Shown here in pieces: positions 40,625 through 50,171 of a stretch of 64,000 nucleotides of DNA. Position numbers and translations under genes: made by a program. Numbering within the stretch: position 1 is the stretch's first letter; each line of letters begins with the position of its first letter. The notes beneath the pieces are model-generated. The model was not told where the DNA came from. It ran no database searches and was given only the letters and a program-made list of their open reading frames with translations. Origin of the DNA: an uncultured archaeon (lineage in GTDB: Archaea; Thermoplasmatota; Penumbrarchaeia; JASLWR01); assembly GCA_964430885.1 (NCBI GenBank), contig CAYSHM010000012.1:1-64000 (forward strand), read 5' to 3'.

Positions 40625-42595
40625 ATGAAAGGTGAAGACGGGTTAGACCTGGACCGGCGCATCATCGAGCTGGAAGAGCAGATAAGGCATCATAATTATC
40701 TGTATTATACACAGGGGTCTGAAAGAGTCTCCGATGCTGAATATGATGCCTTAAAGGAAGAATTGGAGATGCTCGATCCGGACAATCCGGTTCTGCAGAT
40801 GGTTGGCTGGGAGCCACGATTCGGAACTAGCAAGATACGGCACAAGGTAGAGATGCGCTCCCTTGATAAAGCCTATAACTATGAGGATATTATATCCTGG
40901 GCAGGCGATGAGGCCGAATTTGTCACACAGCCGAAACTCGATGGATTAGCTGTTTCCATTTATTACGAGAAGGGAGTGTTTCGTTATGCGGCCACCAGGG
41001 GAGATGGGAAAGTTGGAGAGGATATCACTGAGAATGCTCGCTATATTGAAGATATACCCAAACATCTCTGTAAGGATGTTACCTGTCATATCCGTGGCGA
41101 GATATTCATGACCCTTTCTGTGTTCAAATCCCATGCAGGTGTCTTTTCCAATCCTAGGAATGCTGCGGCGGGCTCTGTGAAGCAGAAGGACCCGGAAGTG
41201 ACCGGTGAAAGACAGCTTAATTTCAGGGCCTATACCATGGAGATCGAACCGATGGAGCGATCTAGTTTGATCGGAGAATTGAAATTTGAATCCCAGCTAA
41301 TGAGGCTGGTTGATAAGTTGGGCTGTAAACCTGTTGATTATCAAAAGTGCAGCCTCCAGGACCTTGAAGCGATTTTCACATGCTGGGATGACGGAAGAGG
41401 CGAATTGGATTATGAGATCGATGGTATGGTCATCAAGTTCAATTCTTTACATAGACAGAAAGAGATTGGTGCTACCTCCCACCATCCTCGCTGGGCTATC
41501 GCCTGGAAGTTCAGAGCCCAGCAGGCCGAGACCACGGTTGAGGACATAAGGTGGCAGATCAGCAGAAGAGGATATCTCACTCCTGTTGCGGATCTTGAAA
41601 CAGTTAGACTTGCAGGTGCGAATATTTCTCATTCAACTCTTCACAATGTGGAGGAACTAGATAGATTGGGTCTGAATATAGGAGATAGAGTACTTATCGA
41701 AAGAAGAGGGGATGTAATACCCAAGATAATCAGGGTGATAGGCAAGGGTGAACGGAAAGGCGTGGTTCCAGCTCCGGAGGAATGCCCTAGGTGTCATTCT
41801 CCCGTTGTCCGTGAGAATATGTTTCTGAAATGCACCAATCCCAATTGCTCTCAGAGGATTCTCCGTCAGTTGACACACTTCGCAGAGGTTGCGGATATAG
41901 ATTCACTGGGCCCGAAGATGATCAAGAAACTATATGACCGAGGTATGGTTGCTTCACCTTCCGATCTGTATAAGCTTCGTTCACCTGATCTGTTGACCCT
42001 GGATAAGGTTGGGGATGTACTAGCTGGAAAGATCATTGATAATATACGGTCCAGTAGAAGATTTTCCCTAACGCGTTTTCTTACTGCATTGGGCATTACA
42101 CATCTGGGCGGGGTGATATCTGAGCTTCTTGCAGAGAAATTCCGGGATATGGAGTCCATAAGGGAAGCTACCATGGAGGAACTTCAGTCCATAGATGGTG
42201 TAGGTGAAAAGATTGCGGAATCCGTGAAGAAGGAACTGGAGGAGATGTGGCCGGTAATTGAAGAACTCAAGGATGCAGGTGTTGAGATATTCCCGGACGA
42301 GAAATCGCAGACTGGAAAAGATGATTACCCCTTGGAAGGAATGACCTTCTGTATTACCGGTACCCTGAGCAGACCCCGGAAGGAGATTGCCGATGATATT
42401 AAAAGAGCCGGAGGTTATGTCAAGGGGATGTCCAAATCCATAGATTATCTGGTAGCGGGTGATCATGCAGGTACAAAGATTGATAAGGCAAAGAATTGGG
42501 ATGTCAAGATAATAGATGAGTATGAACTGGATGAGATGCTGTCTAAGAATTGGAATAATGTCAAGACCAACTACCAGACTAAATTGTTCCAATAG
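40625..42595 (+). CDS. ligA: NAD-dependent DNA ligase
   Basis: SDAEYD, MRSLDK, KLDG adenylation motif, TRGDG..GEDIT, NPRNAAAGS, EIDGMVIK, PRWAIAWKF, OB fold, C4 Zn finger, HhH and BRCT. The ATG at 40625 follows SD GAGGGG (the ORF track starts at TTG 40604). Confidence 0.95.
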   Translation: MKGEDGLDLDRRIIELEEQIRHHNYLYYTQGSERVSDAEYDALKEELEMLDPDNPVLQMVGWEPRFGTSKIRHKVEMRSLDKAYNYEDIISWAGDEAEFVTQPKLDGLAVSIYYEKGVFRYAATRGDGKVGEDITENARYIEDIPKHLCKDVTCHIRGEIFMTLSVFKSHAGVFSNPRNAAAGSVKQKDPEVTGERQLNFRAYTMEIEPMERSSLIGELKFESQLMRLVDKLGCKPVDYQKCSLQDLEAIFTCWDDGRGELDYEIDGMVIKFNSLHRQKEIGATSHHPRWAIAWKFRAQQAETTVEDIRWQISRRGYLTPVADLETVRLAGANISHSTLHNVEELDRLGLNIGDRVLIERRGDVIPKIIRVIGKGERKGVVPAPEECPRCHSPVVRENMFLKCTNPNCSQRILRQLTHFAEVADIDSLGPKMIKKLYDRGMVASPSDLYKLRSPDLLTLDKVGDVLAGKIIDNIRSSRRFSLTRFLTALGITHLGGVISELLAEKFRDMESIREATMEELQSIDGVGEKIAESVKKELEEMWPVIEELKDAGVEIFPDEKSQTGKDDYPLEGMTFCITGTLSRPRKEIADDIKRAGGYVKGMSKSIDYLVAGDHAGTKIDKAKNWDVKIIDEYELDEMLSKNWNNVKTNYQTKLFQ

Positions 42596-42607
42596 TAGGT
42601 TTTTTTT
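42596..42607 (+). terminator. Oligo-T archaeal terminator after ligA
   Basis: A T-run follows the tandem stops TAG TAG. Confidence 0.45.
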
Positions 42608-42801
42608 CAGAATAATTAAGTCATTATTGTTTTTCTATTTTCACTCTCTGGTTCGTTCTGTTATAATCATTATGCAATTAGGTAAGGAAAATTATAAATA
42701 ATTTTAGGTGTAATGGAGGGAATTGCCGGGATGTTGAGAGTGGAATCACGGGTCATTTAGATAATGTTCAGATTCCCTTTCTCCCCTGTAAAAATATCAG
42801 A

Positions 42802-43542
42802 TTGCGGTTGATCATTATGACCGGAGACGAATATGAAGAATTGGATTGGTATAGCAGACTTAAGAAGTGGTTCATGAATAATAACGAAGAATCCGACATG
42901 GTCATAGATGCCGAATGGAAGATACTGGATGTTAACGATAATGCCCAGAAGATGATGGTGGTTCAGCCGAATATACCATTTCCAATTGGAGTTCATGTTA
43001 CTGACCCGGTGATCCATATTTCCATATTCACTACTGTGGAAACCTATGACTGGGAAAAACCCAAGAAGGCTGATAATTTCAGGGCTCTGCTTGTTCAGAA
43101 TGACGAGAGCCATTTCATAAAGTTTGTTCTAATGGGTAGGAATGATGAGATAGTACTTCGGGTTGATCTCGATACCCAGTATCTGAATAAAAAGGAATTC
43201 AATACCGCCTTAAGCTCCCTTATTCACGGAGGAAACTGGTGCCTTACCAAGCTGGAGGGATTGTATTACGGAATGGATGAGATGGAGGGTGAGGGAGTGA
43301 TGAATGAGGAAAAGGCCCTGGAGACCCTTAAATTGGGAATTCAGATCGATCTAAACAGAGGCCGAAAGACAAAAGATATTATTAGGGACCTCGTTACTGC
43401 CGGTATGGAGCAGGATCTAGCGGCCCAGATAGTAATGGAAGTTGTTGAGAATCCCATAACAGTGAACAAATGCAACGATCAAGGGGAGTACCCCATCAGC
43501 AAAGAGGAAGAGGAAAGCAAGACCGATGCTTATATCCACTGA
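42802..43542 (+). CDS. Hypothetical protein, YbjN/DUF2299-like (type III chaperone-like fold) N-terminal domain
   Basis: Pattern ALLVQND...IKFVL...EIVLRVDL...LNKKEF. Probable start is ATG 42817. Confidence 0.55.
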   Translation: MRLIIMTGDEYEELDWYSRLKKWFMNNNEESDMVIDAEWKILDVNDNAQKMMVVQPNIPFPIGVHVTDPVIHISIFTTVETYDWEKPKKADNFRALLVQNDESHFIKFVLMGRNDEIVLRVDLDTQYLNKKEFNTALSSLIHGGNWCLTKLEGLYYGMDEMEGEGVMNEEKALETLKLGIQIDLNRGRKTKDIIRDLVTAGMEQDLAAQIVMEVVENPITVNKCNDQGEYPISKEEEESKTDAYIH

Positions 43543-43640
43543 GCATCAGTAATTCTTTTTATTCAAATTATCAAATGCCAAATCCTTTTAAAAGGATCCA
43601 TTTTTCGGGATAAGATTCATCTATCTATAGGGGGGAATTT

Positions 43641-44654
43641 TTAGAGATGAAGATTCCAATATTTGTTCTGGACCTCTACTACTGCTTTCAGAGCTTCAAT
43701 CCCCAATCCAGTCGCGTCCCTTTTCTTGTCATATTTCAGCTCTATTGACCTATCCCTAGTTTGAGCATATGCGCCAGCGACCACCTCACCCTGAGCTTCC
43801 AGATGATATCCGCCCTCAAGAAAAACTGACATTTTCCCATCACACACATCCGATGCAGCAGAGCTTAAGACCTCCATTGCATTTAGATAACCCGAACTTG
43901 ATAGAGACAATCCCGCAAGGGGGTCCATATAGTGTGAATCACCGCCTAATGAGACCAGCAGCAAATCCGGGTCATATTCTCTTAGAACGGGATCGATTAT
44001 TTTCTTCATAGCATGATCAAAGGTGGCATCACCAGACATTTTTGAGAAAGGTATATTCACAGTGTATCCCTGTCCCTTACCCTGTCCCACCTCATTCCTT
44101 TGACCTGTTCCAGGATATATTCCGCTCTGATGAGTTGAGATATACAGCACGTCATCCTCCTGATAGAAGGAGTCTTGGGTTCCGTTGCCGTGATGAACGT
44201 CTATATCCACAATAGCGATGCGTTTGCACCTGTCCTTCATCTTCCTTGCTGCAATGGCTATATTGTTGAAATAACAGAAGCCCATGGCCCTGTTCTTCAC
44301 AGCATGGTGACCAGGAGGGCGGAAAAGGGCAAAGGTTATCTCCTTATCCTCATAGGCCTTCTCCGCAGCCAATATTCCCCCGCCGGCGGCCAGTAGAGCT
44401 ATACCATAGGTTTCCTCTCTGATATAGGTGTCCGGATCCAGGTAACCCTCTTTTGCGTTCATTATCTCGTTATGATATCCCAGGCTGTGATTCAGGAGAA
44501 TATCCTCCTTGGATGCGGGTCCTGGTGTGATTATATCCTCCCATACTCCTTCTTTTTCCATACGTTTTCTTATGGCAGTGAGCCTTTCAGGACACTCTGG
44601 GTGCATGTAGCTCTGCTGGTGTTTTATATATTCATCGTGGTAGATTATACTCAA
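43641..44654 (-). CDS. Histone deacetylase family (AcuC/AphA-like) Zn-dependent amidohydrolase
   Basis: HPECPERL, RPPGHHA, GFCYFNN, DIDVHHGNGTQ, DPLAGL and LEGGY. Confidence 0.93.
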   Translation of the reverse strand: MSIIYHDEYIKHQQSYMHPECPERLTAIRKRMEKEGVWEDIITPGPASKEDILLNHSLGYHNEIMNAKEGYLDPDTYIREETYGIALLAAGGGILAAEKAYEDKEITFALFRPPGHHAVKNRAMGFCYFNNIAIAARKMKDRCKRIAIVDIDVHHGNGTQDSFYQEDDVLYISTHQSGIYPGTGQRNEVGQGKGQGYTVNIPFSKMSGDATFDHAMKKIIDPVLREYDPDLLLVSLGGDSHYMDPLAGLSLSSSGYLNAMEVLSSAASDVCDGKMSVFLEGGYHLEAQGEVVAGAYAQTRDRSIELKYDKKRDATGLGIEALKAVVEVQNKYWNLHL

Positions 44655-45038
44655 TAAATCACGCTCCGGGTGAGATAGAATTGGAACTGCACACCAGAAT
44701 TGAATTTTTCATTATTTATAGCTGATGTTCATGTTGTTCGATTAGAGGTTAATGGTTTGAAATTCATAATGTCTGGATTACAGATGTTCGTGCAGGTATT
44801 TTTACTCTTCGAATTGGTAATATATATCCTAGGTATAGATCGATCCTAACACTTTTGTATTATCCAATAATGATAATTCTGAAAAGATAGAAAATTATAA
44901 TATTCATACCCGATATATGTTTCAGGACAAATATAAATAGTCATATATAACTAATCCCTAGAGCATTGTTCGATAAAAAGTCATGTTTTTAGATTTAATG
45001 AGATTCCATTCAAACAAAAGACAACCGCAAGTGATAAT

Positions 45039-48000
45039 ATGATCGACGTAAAAGTTATTTCAGTAACTATAATATTGATGTTTTCCTCCTTTTTGATCGG
45101 GGGTTTGGACCAAAAAGTGAAGTTCATAGGGCCTACACAAATAACAGGTACACAATCCAGGGGATCCAATGTGGATGGCCATGATCATAATACTAGAGAT
45201 AATAGAGCTTTGGACTGTACAAATTGGCTTCGGACACCTATAACAGTGGACGGAAACGCCAGTGATTGGACATCCAACTATACTGGGCATAACGTAGGAC
45301 GAGCCGGTAAGAATGTCATGCTCTACATGGCCAATGATGATGAGTATCTTTACGTCTGCATTGATGTCATCAGTGACCAGACCAATGAGGAGAGTGTCAA
45401 CGACCATATCAGATTGTGGTTCGACGGGGACAATGACAACAGCGTTGTATCACCCATAGGTTCTACTACAAACGAGAGCACAACCGACAATTGGATCATT
45501 CTTAACGGCAATGAGTCTGCCCGCAGTGATACAAATGGAATAGCCAATGATGCAGGGTGGCTGAACACTGGAGGGGGAATTTATGGAGATCCCGGTGTCT
45601 ATGTTTCAATGTGGTATGATGCCTATGCCCCCTATCTTCAGAATCGATTTGTTGATTACATGTACAAGGTAGGATTCAACGGCACTCCTGCCCATATGGT
45701 GTATGAGATCGGTTTTCCCATGGAGAGATGGAACTGGTCCGGAGGGGATCAGATAGGATCCTGTCTACTGGTCTGGGAGCACGGTGATAATAATGCAATC
45801 GGGATATGGCCAGCAGGTTTAAACCCGTCCAATGTGGCAGGCTGGAAAGATATTTTTCTGGCCACTCCAAATGACCTTCCTTTTTATTCAAATCCTACGA
45901 TAATACCAAACACAATCCTGAATGACAACCAGAACACCTCATTGATCGCCATTGAGGCCGGAGATCCTGACGGGCATATAATTGATTTCACCATGGATCT
46001 GTCCCAGATCGGAGGTGCCAGTCAAACTCAGCTTCTTGATGACGGAACCCATGGCGATGTTAATGCTGATGATGGGATTTTCTCCTATGAGTTCAGTGTT
46101 CCGACCATAATCGATCCTGGAGAATATACTCTTCCCTTCACTCTTACTGACAACCATACACCCAACACCGGCATGATAACCGGAGAGGTCAATGTTACGG
46201 TTGCCCAATATAACCGGAATCCCATTATTGATGATCCTTCCTTTAATGTTATAAACATGAATGAGGACCAGAGGATAGCCTACTTCAACATCACACCAAT
46301 ATTCAGCGACCCGGACCCCGAAGACAATCTAACATACTTCATCAGGAACGGGACCCTGTGGGATCACAGCAACCGATCCCTGTTGGCCGATTACCAGGTG
46401 CATATGAATGGGACACTCAGCATAGTGCCCTTACCTGACAGGTTTGGAGTTGAACATATTGAACTTACCGCCCAGGATCCTCATGGTCTTATGCTTTCAA
46501 ACCCGCATTCCATTGCCGTATCGATACAGAGGGTCAACGACCTGCCGTTCATTCTGAATGTTAACGGAACCTATATTCCCGGACGGAACATTTCTCTGGA
46601 TATTTGGGAGGATAGATGGTCTGAGTTCAATTTCACCGCTGATGACATTGACAATGATCCCCTGACCTGGGAGATCAATATATCGGATGAGATTCCAGGT
46701 ATGAAAAAGGATAAGGATTACGAGTTCCAAGCGGAGAATGGCTCCCTGAGAATAAAAGGAGCCAATCATCATGTAGGCAACTACAGTCTCAATCTTACTG
46801 TGGAGGACGGTAATGACGGGATGGATTTCATCAACATTTACCTCAATATATCAAATACAAATGATCCTCCTCATCTGCGCGATATCGATGATGATGACGT
46901 ATTTCAGGATGAATGGATGATGGTACTGCCCCAGGCTTCGGATGATGATCTTATTCATGGTGATAAGCTCAGATTCAGTACAAATTTTTCAAAGGATTTT
47001 CCGGGGGTTCTCACACTGGATAACTTCATGTTCAACAATACAACGGGTGAATTCCGGTTCAGGCCTGACAAAACCATGGTCGGAACCTATGCTACCCATA
47101 TCATGGTCAGGGATCGAAATCTGAATTACAGCAGAAAGGATTTCAGCATCAGGGTGGTCAACAGGAATGATCCGCCTACCGAACCTATTTTCGAATACAG
47201 CGTTGACCATCTGAATATGACTGTAAATTTTACAATAATTGGCAGTATTGATCCAGATGGAGATGAGCTCAGTTATCAACTGGATTTCGGGGACCAATCA
47301 CCGGGCGATTATTTGAAGACTTTTTATCCTGGCTGCTATGTGGAACACCAGTACAGGAAACCTGGAAATTATTCGGTACGCTTATGGGTGTCGGATGGTA
47401 CATCCACAGGGGTCAACACAAGCACTTTGATAGTATCCATAAAGGATTTTGGACAGGATAAGGATGATCCGGTTAATCCGAATATCATACCTGCAGGTGA
47501 TTATGAATTGGCGGGAACTGTGATCGATGCTGATGGAGCTCCCCTATCTGATGTTTCAGTCAATATCAGCTATGCAGATGATCAGACCAAATGGAACTTG
47601 ACAAGCACAGACCAGTTCGGCAGTTTTCAGCTGTTCCTGCCTTCTGGTGTTTATTCCATTGAGCTTTCAAAAGAAGGATATATTAACAGAACCGCCACTC
47701 TTGATATTAACGATAGGGATAAAACAATGGAGTTCATCCTGTTGAAGGTGGGTCAGACCGAGGATGATATCAACAAGGATAACGCTGATACGGAATCTTC
47801 ATTCGATTACTGGCTGGTCCTTATTGTTCTAGCTATGATGATAATACTGGTTCTTATTCTTATTCTTCTTGTGGTTTTCAAGAAGAGAGGCAAAGATGAA
47901 GTGCATCCCGAGAAAGAAGAAATTATTGCTCCTGATGCTGTTCCGCCGGTTTCTTCCGATCTGACAACATCAGGGCAAGATTCAGAGATAATTGAAGAAG

Positions 48001-48656
48001 ACATATATACCGCAGATAATGAGCAGGAATTTTATTCACACACCGAAGGTTCAGGGGATCTTTATGGGAAGATACCCCTGGATGAAACCGAATCTGCTTC
48101 GGCAGAGTTCTTTGCCGATCTGCAGGTTGAGGAATCCGATATTGACGGTAATTATGAAGAACCGGAATATTACGATGAAACACAGTTCCAGCCTATTGAA
48201 GGAAAAACCCCCCAAGAAGATGCTGAAGTGCTAACCGATTTAATACTTGATAATCCTAATGAGGGTGTTTCTACGCCCTCCAAGGACGAACAATCCTCAT
48301 CTGGCACATACCCTGCTCCCGAACCATTCGGCGAATCGGAGCTGACTGGTGATCGTTCAGACCAAGGAAGTATTGAAACGAAGGAAGATGTCCAGGAAGT
48401 GGGTGCCGTTCAAGGAAAATCTGAAGGGTCTGCAGCGAAGGTTGAGAATACATCAGAAGGTGGCGAGGATGAGTTACTATATCCCCCTCCTTTATTACCT
48501 CAGTCTGGGCAAAAAGCACCCCCTGCACCTCTCCGTGCCCCCAGAGCATTACCCCCTCCGCCCGGGGAGAGTCAGCCCTCTTCCGATTCAGCGCATCAAG
48601 CGGACCTGGCTGAAGTTCAGGATATACTGAAGTCTATCGTGCAGAGAGGAGAATAG
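45039..48656 (+). CDS. Single-pass surface protein: CBM9/DOMON-like N-terminus, cadherin/Ig-like repeats, PKD, carboxypeptidase-regulatory-like domain, TM, acidic Pro-rich tail
   Basis: ITVDG..SDW...YMANDDEYLYV, LLDDGTHGD, repeated NDPP...EDQ...DPD.D.L, PKD DFGD...HQY..PGNYSVRL and TM WLVLIVLAMMIILVLILILLVVF. Confidence 0.8.
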   Translation: MIDVKVISVTIILMFSSFLIGGLDQKVKFIGPTQITGTQSRGSNVDGHDHNTRDNRALDCTNWLRTPITVDGNASDWTSNYTGHNVGRAGKNVMLYMANDDEYLYVCIDVISDQTNEESVNDHIRLWFDGDNDNSVVSPIGSTTNESTTDNWIILNGNESARSDTNGIANDAGWLNTGGGIYGDPGVYVSMWYDAYAPYLQNRFVDYMYKVGFNGTPAHMVYEIGFPMERWNWSGGDQIGSCLLVWEHGDNNAIGIWPAGLNPSNVAGWKDIFLATPNDLPFYSNPTIIPNTILNDNQNTSLIAIEAGDPDGHIIDFTMDLSQIGGASQTQLLDDGTHGDVNADDGIFSYEFSVPTIIDPGEYTLPFTLTDNHTPNTGMITGEVNVTVAQYNRNPIIDDPSFNVINMNEDQRIAYFNITPIFSDPDPEDNLTYFIRNGTLWDHSNRSLLADYQVHMNGTLSIVPLPDRFGVEHIELTAQDPHGLMLSNPHSIAVSIQRVNDLPFILNVNGTYIPGRNISLDIWEDRWSEFNFTADDIDNDPLTWEINISDEIPGMKKDKDYEFQAENGSLRIKGANHHVGNYSLNLTVEDGNDGMDFINIYLNISNTNDPPHLRDIDDDDVFQDEWMMVLPQASDDDLIHGDKLRFSTNFSKDFPGVLTLDNFMFNNTTGEFRFRPDKTMVGTYATHIMVRDRNLNYSRKDFSIRVVNRNDPPTEPIFEYSVDHLNMTVNFTIIGSIDPDGDELSYQLDFGDQSPGDYLKTFYPGCYVEHQYRKPGNYSVRLWVSDGTSTGVNTSTLIVSIKDFGQDKDDPVNPNIIPAGDYELAGTVIDADGAPLSDVSVNISYADDQTKWNLTSTDQFGSFQLFLPSGVYSIELSKEGYINRTATLDINDRDKTMEFILLKVGQTEDDINKDNADTESSFDYWLVLIVLAMMIILVLILILLVVFKKRGKDEVHPEKEEIIAPDAVPPVSSDLTTSGQDSEIIEEDIYTADNEQEFYSHTEGSGDLYGKIPLDETESASAEFFADLQVEESDIDGNYEEPEYYDETQFQPIEGKTPQEDAEVLTDLILDNPNEGVSTPSKDEQSSSGTYPAPEPFGESELTGDRSDQGSIETKEDVQEVGAVQGKSEGSAAKVENTSEGGEDELLYPPPLLPQSGQKAPPAPLRAPRALPPPPGESQPSSDSAHQADLAEVQDILKSIVQRGE

Positions 48657-48694
48657 AGAGAAATAGACCTTGGAAGTGGCCGATTGGTTCATTG

Positions 48695-49378
48695 TTACAG
48701 TGCAGGTATGCAGAGGCGACCGAAATATTCCAGGATTCCATTGTTCATAACTTCCGGGTGGAAGAGAACCCCGTAAACCTTTTTTGTAGTATGTTTGATT
48801 AGCGCAGGTCTTTTTTCTCCAATATCAGAGGGTCTATAATCAGCTATTATGTGGAATTCCTTAGGACAGGTTGCAGAAAGCGTGTGCAAATGATAGGCTT
48901 TGCAGTATTTCTCTTTCCCGAATATTTCAAATAAACCAGGATCTTTATTGTAATTTTCCATAATTTCTTCACATGGATATTTTTCAGAAATTGGTCTGAA
49001 GGCCTGTACACCAATTGCCAACTCATCAATGATCTTGCCTCCCCATAGTACGGACAGGATCTGCATGCCGGCGCATATCCCCAGAATTGGATAATTGAGA
49101 TATTTGAGCAGTTCGAATAATTCCAAATGCTCCAAATATTCTTTGTCCATAAGTGCGGTACCGCAGAGAACAATCCCCATTACGTCAGTAGGTCTTTCGG
49201 AAGTGGCCCCTTCCCCCTTCGTTTGTATTTCATGAGAACCAAGTAACGCTGGTAGCTGACTGAAATGCATTGGATAAGTCGGGATATCCATTCTTTTGAA
49301 CACTCTTTTAACCGGAAGGACGAACTCATCATTATGAAGAGAGCCCGGTTGTCTGCAGAGATCCACAAGAATGATCAT
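48695..49378 (-). CDS. Class I glutamine amidotransferase (GuaA-glutaminase-like, stand-alone)
   Basis: Nucleophile elbow PILGICAGMQ and YGVLFHPEV give a complete Cys-His-Glu triad. The start overlaps the upstream stop (ATGA). Confidence 0.85.
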   Translation of the reverse strand: MIILVDLCRQPGSLHNDEFVLPVKRVFKRMDIPTYPMHFSQLPALLGSHEIQTKGEGATSERPTDVMGIVLCGTALMDKEYLEHLELFELLKYLNYPILGICAGMQILSVLWGGKIIDELAIGVQAFRPISEKYPCEEIMENYNKDPGLFEIFGKEKYCKAYHLHTLSATCPKEFHIIADYRPSDIGEKRPALIKHTTKKVYGVLFHPEVMNNGILEYFGRLCIPAL

Positions 49379-50064
49379 TTTTCTATCAACTCCACTTCCG
49401 GTATTTCCATGACCCCTGAATAGTTATGATAATGTTTTTCATATCTCAAGACCTTAAGACGGGATCTGAACATTGGTCCGTCAATCACAAGTGTCTCTAT
49501 CTCTCCTCCCTCGCCCGATGGATTGATGCTGTACCGGTCTTCCATTTCCATAAGCTCGGATAAAAGTTCATGATCAATTGCTCGGCCAAGAAGATTTTCC
49601 TTCAATGGATAGGCATAAATGCCAACAATAATTACTTCGAGTCCTATATCCAGGGCAGTTCTAAGGTTTTCCAAAGGATCCTTCATCCATAAAGGATTGA
49701 AACACCATAATCCCTGGTCCCTGCAGATACTCTGAACCCTTGTGGATTGATAGGTGGAAGCAAGGGTCCCTGTGATTATTCCTTCAATCAAGTATTCCTC
49801 TTTTGCTCTTTTAAATGCAGTCTCCAGATCTTTAAGCTCTTTTTCCTTGTTTCCTTCTGTCCTCTGGGTCACTAAGGGAATATCTACAGCCTGGGATAGA
49901 TAGTGCGTCAAATGAATATTGGGGGTATGGAACATGTAGCTCTCTAGGTTCTGAGATTTCAAGGTTATAAGACACCTTATATCGTTATCCTGCATGCCTC
50001 TATGTAAAGCCAGAAATGAATCCTTCCCTCCCGAAAATAGAACACCCAGTTTCATACCTTTCAC
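49375..50064 (-). CDS. dph6: Diphthine--ammonia ligase family (Dph6/DUF71, PP-loop ATP pyrophosphatase)
   Basis: LFSGGKDS PP-loop, SYMFH, YQSTRV, NPLW and NPSGEGGEIETLVIDGPMF. Confidence 0.88.
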   Translation of the reverse strand: MKGMKLGVLFSGGKDSFLALHRGMQDNDIRCLITLKSQNLESYMFHTPNIHLTHYLSQAVDIPLVTQRTEGNKEKELKDLETAFKRAKEEYLIEGIITGTLASTYQSTRVQSICRDQGLWCFNPLWMKDPLENLRTALDIGLEVIIVGIYAYPLKENLLGRAIDHELLSELMEMEDRYSINPSGEGGEIETLVIDGPMFRSRLKVLRYEKHYHNYSGVMEIPEVELIEK

Positions 50065-50171
50065 TTCTGGTAAGATTTGATCAAAATAAGATTGGAAATT
50101 GGATAGACTGCGCTTAATTATGAAGGTAGGGGTTTTAAGCCTATTGGATGAATATAATATATTTCAATATA

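Noticed and set aside
44655-45038. TTGTTCGAT repeated at 44734 and 44966 as an operator
   Set aside because: Two 9-mers about 230 nt apart in AT-rich DNA, with no symmetry or other support.
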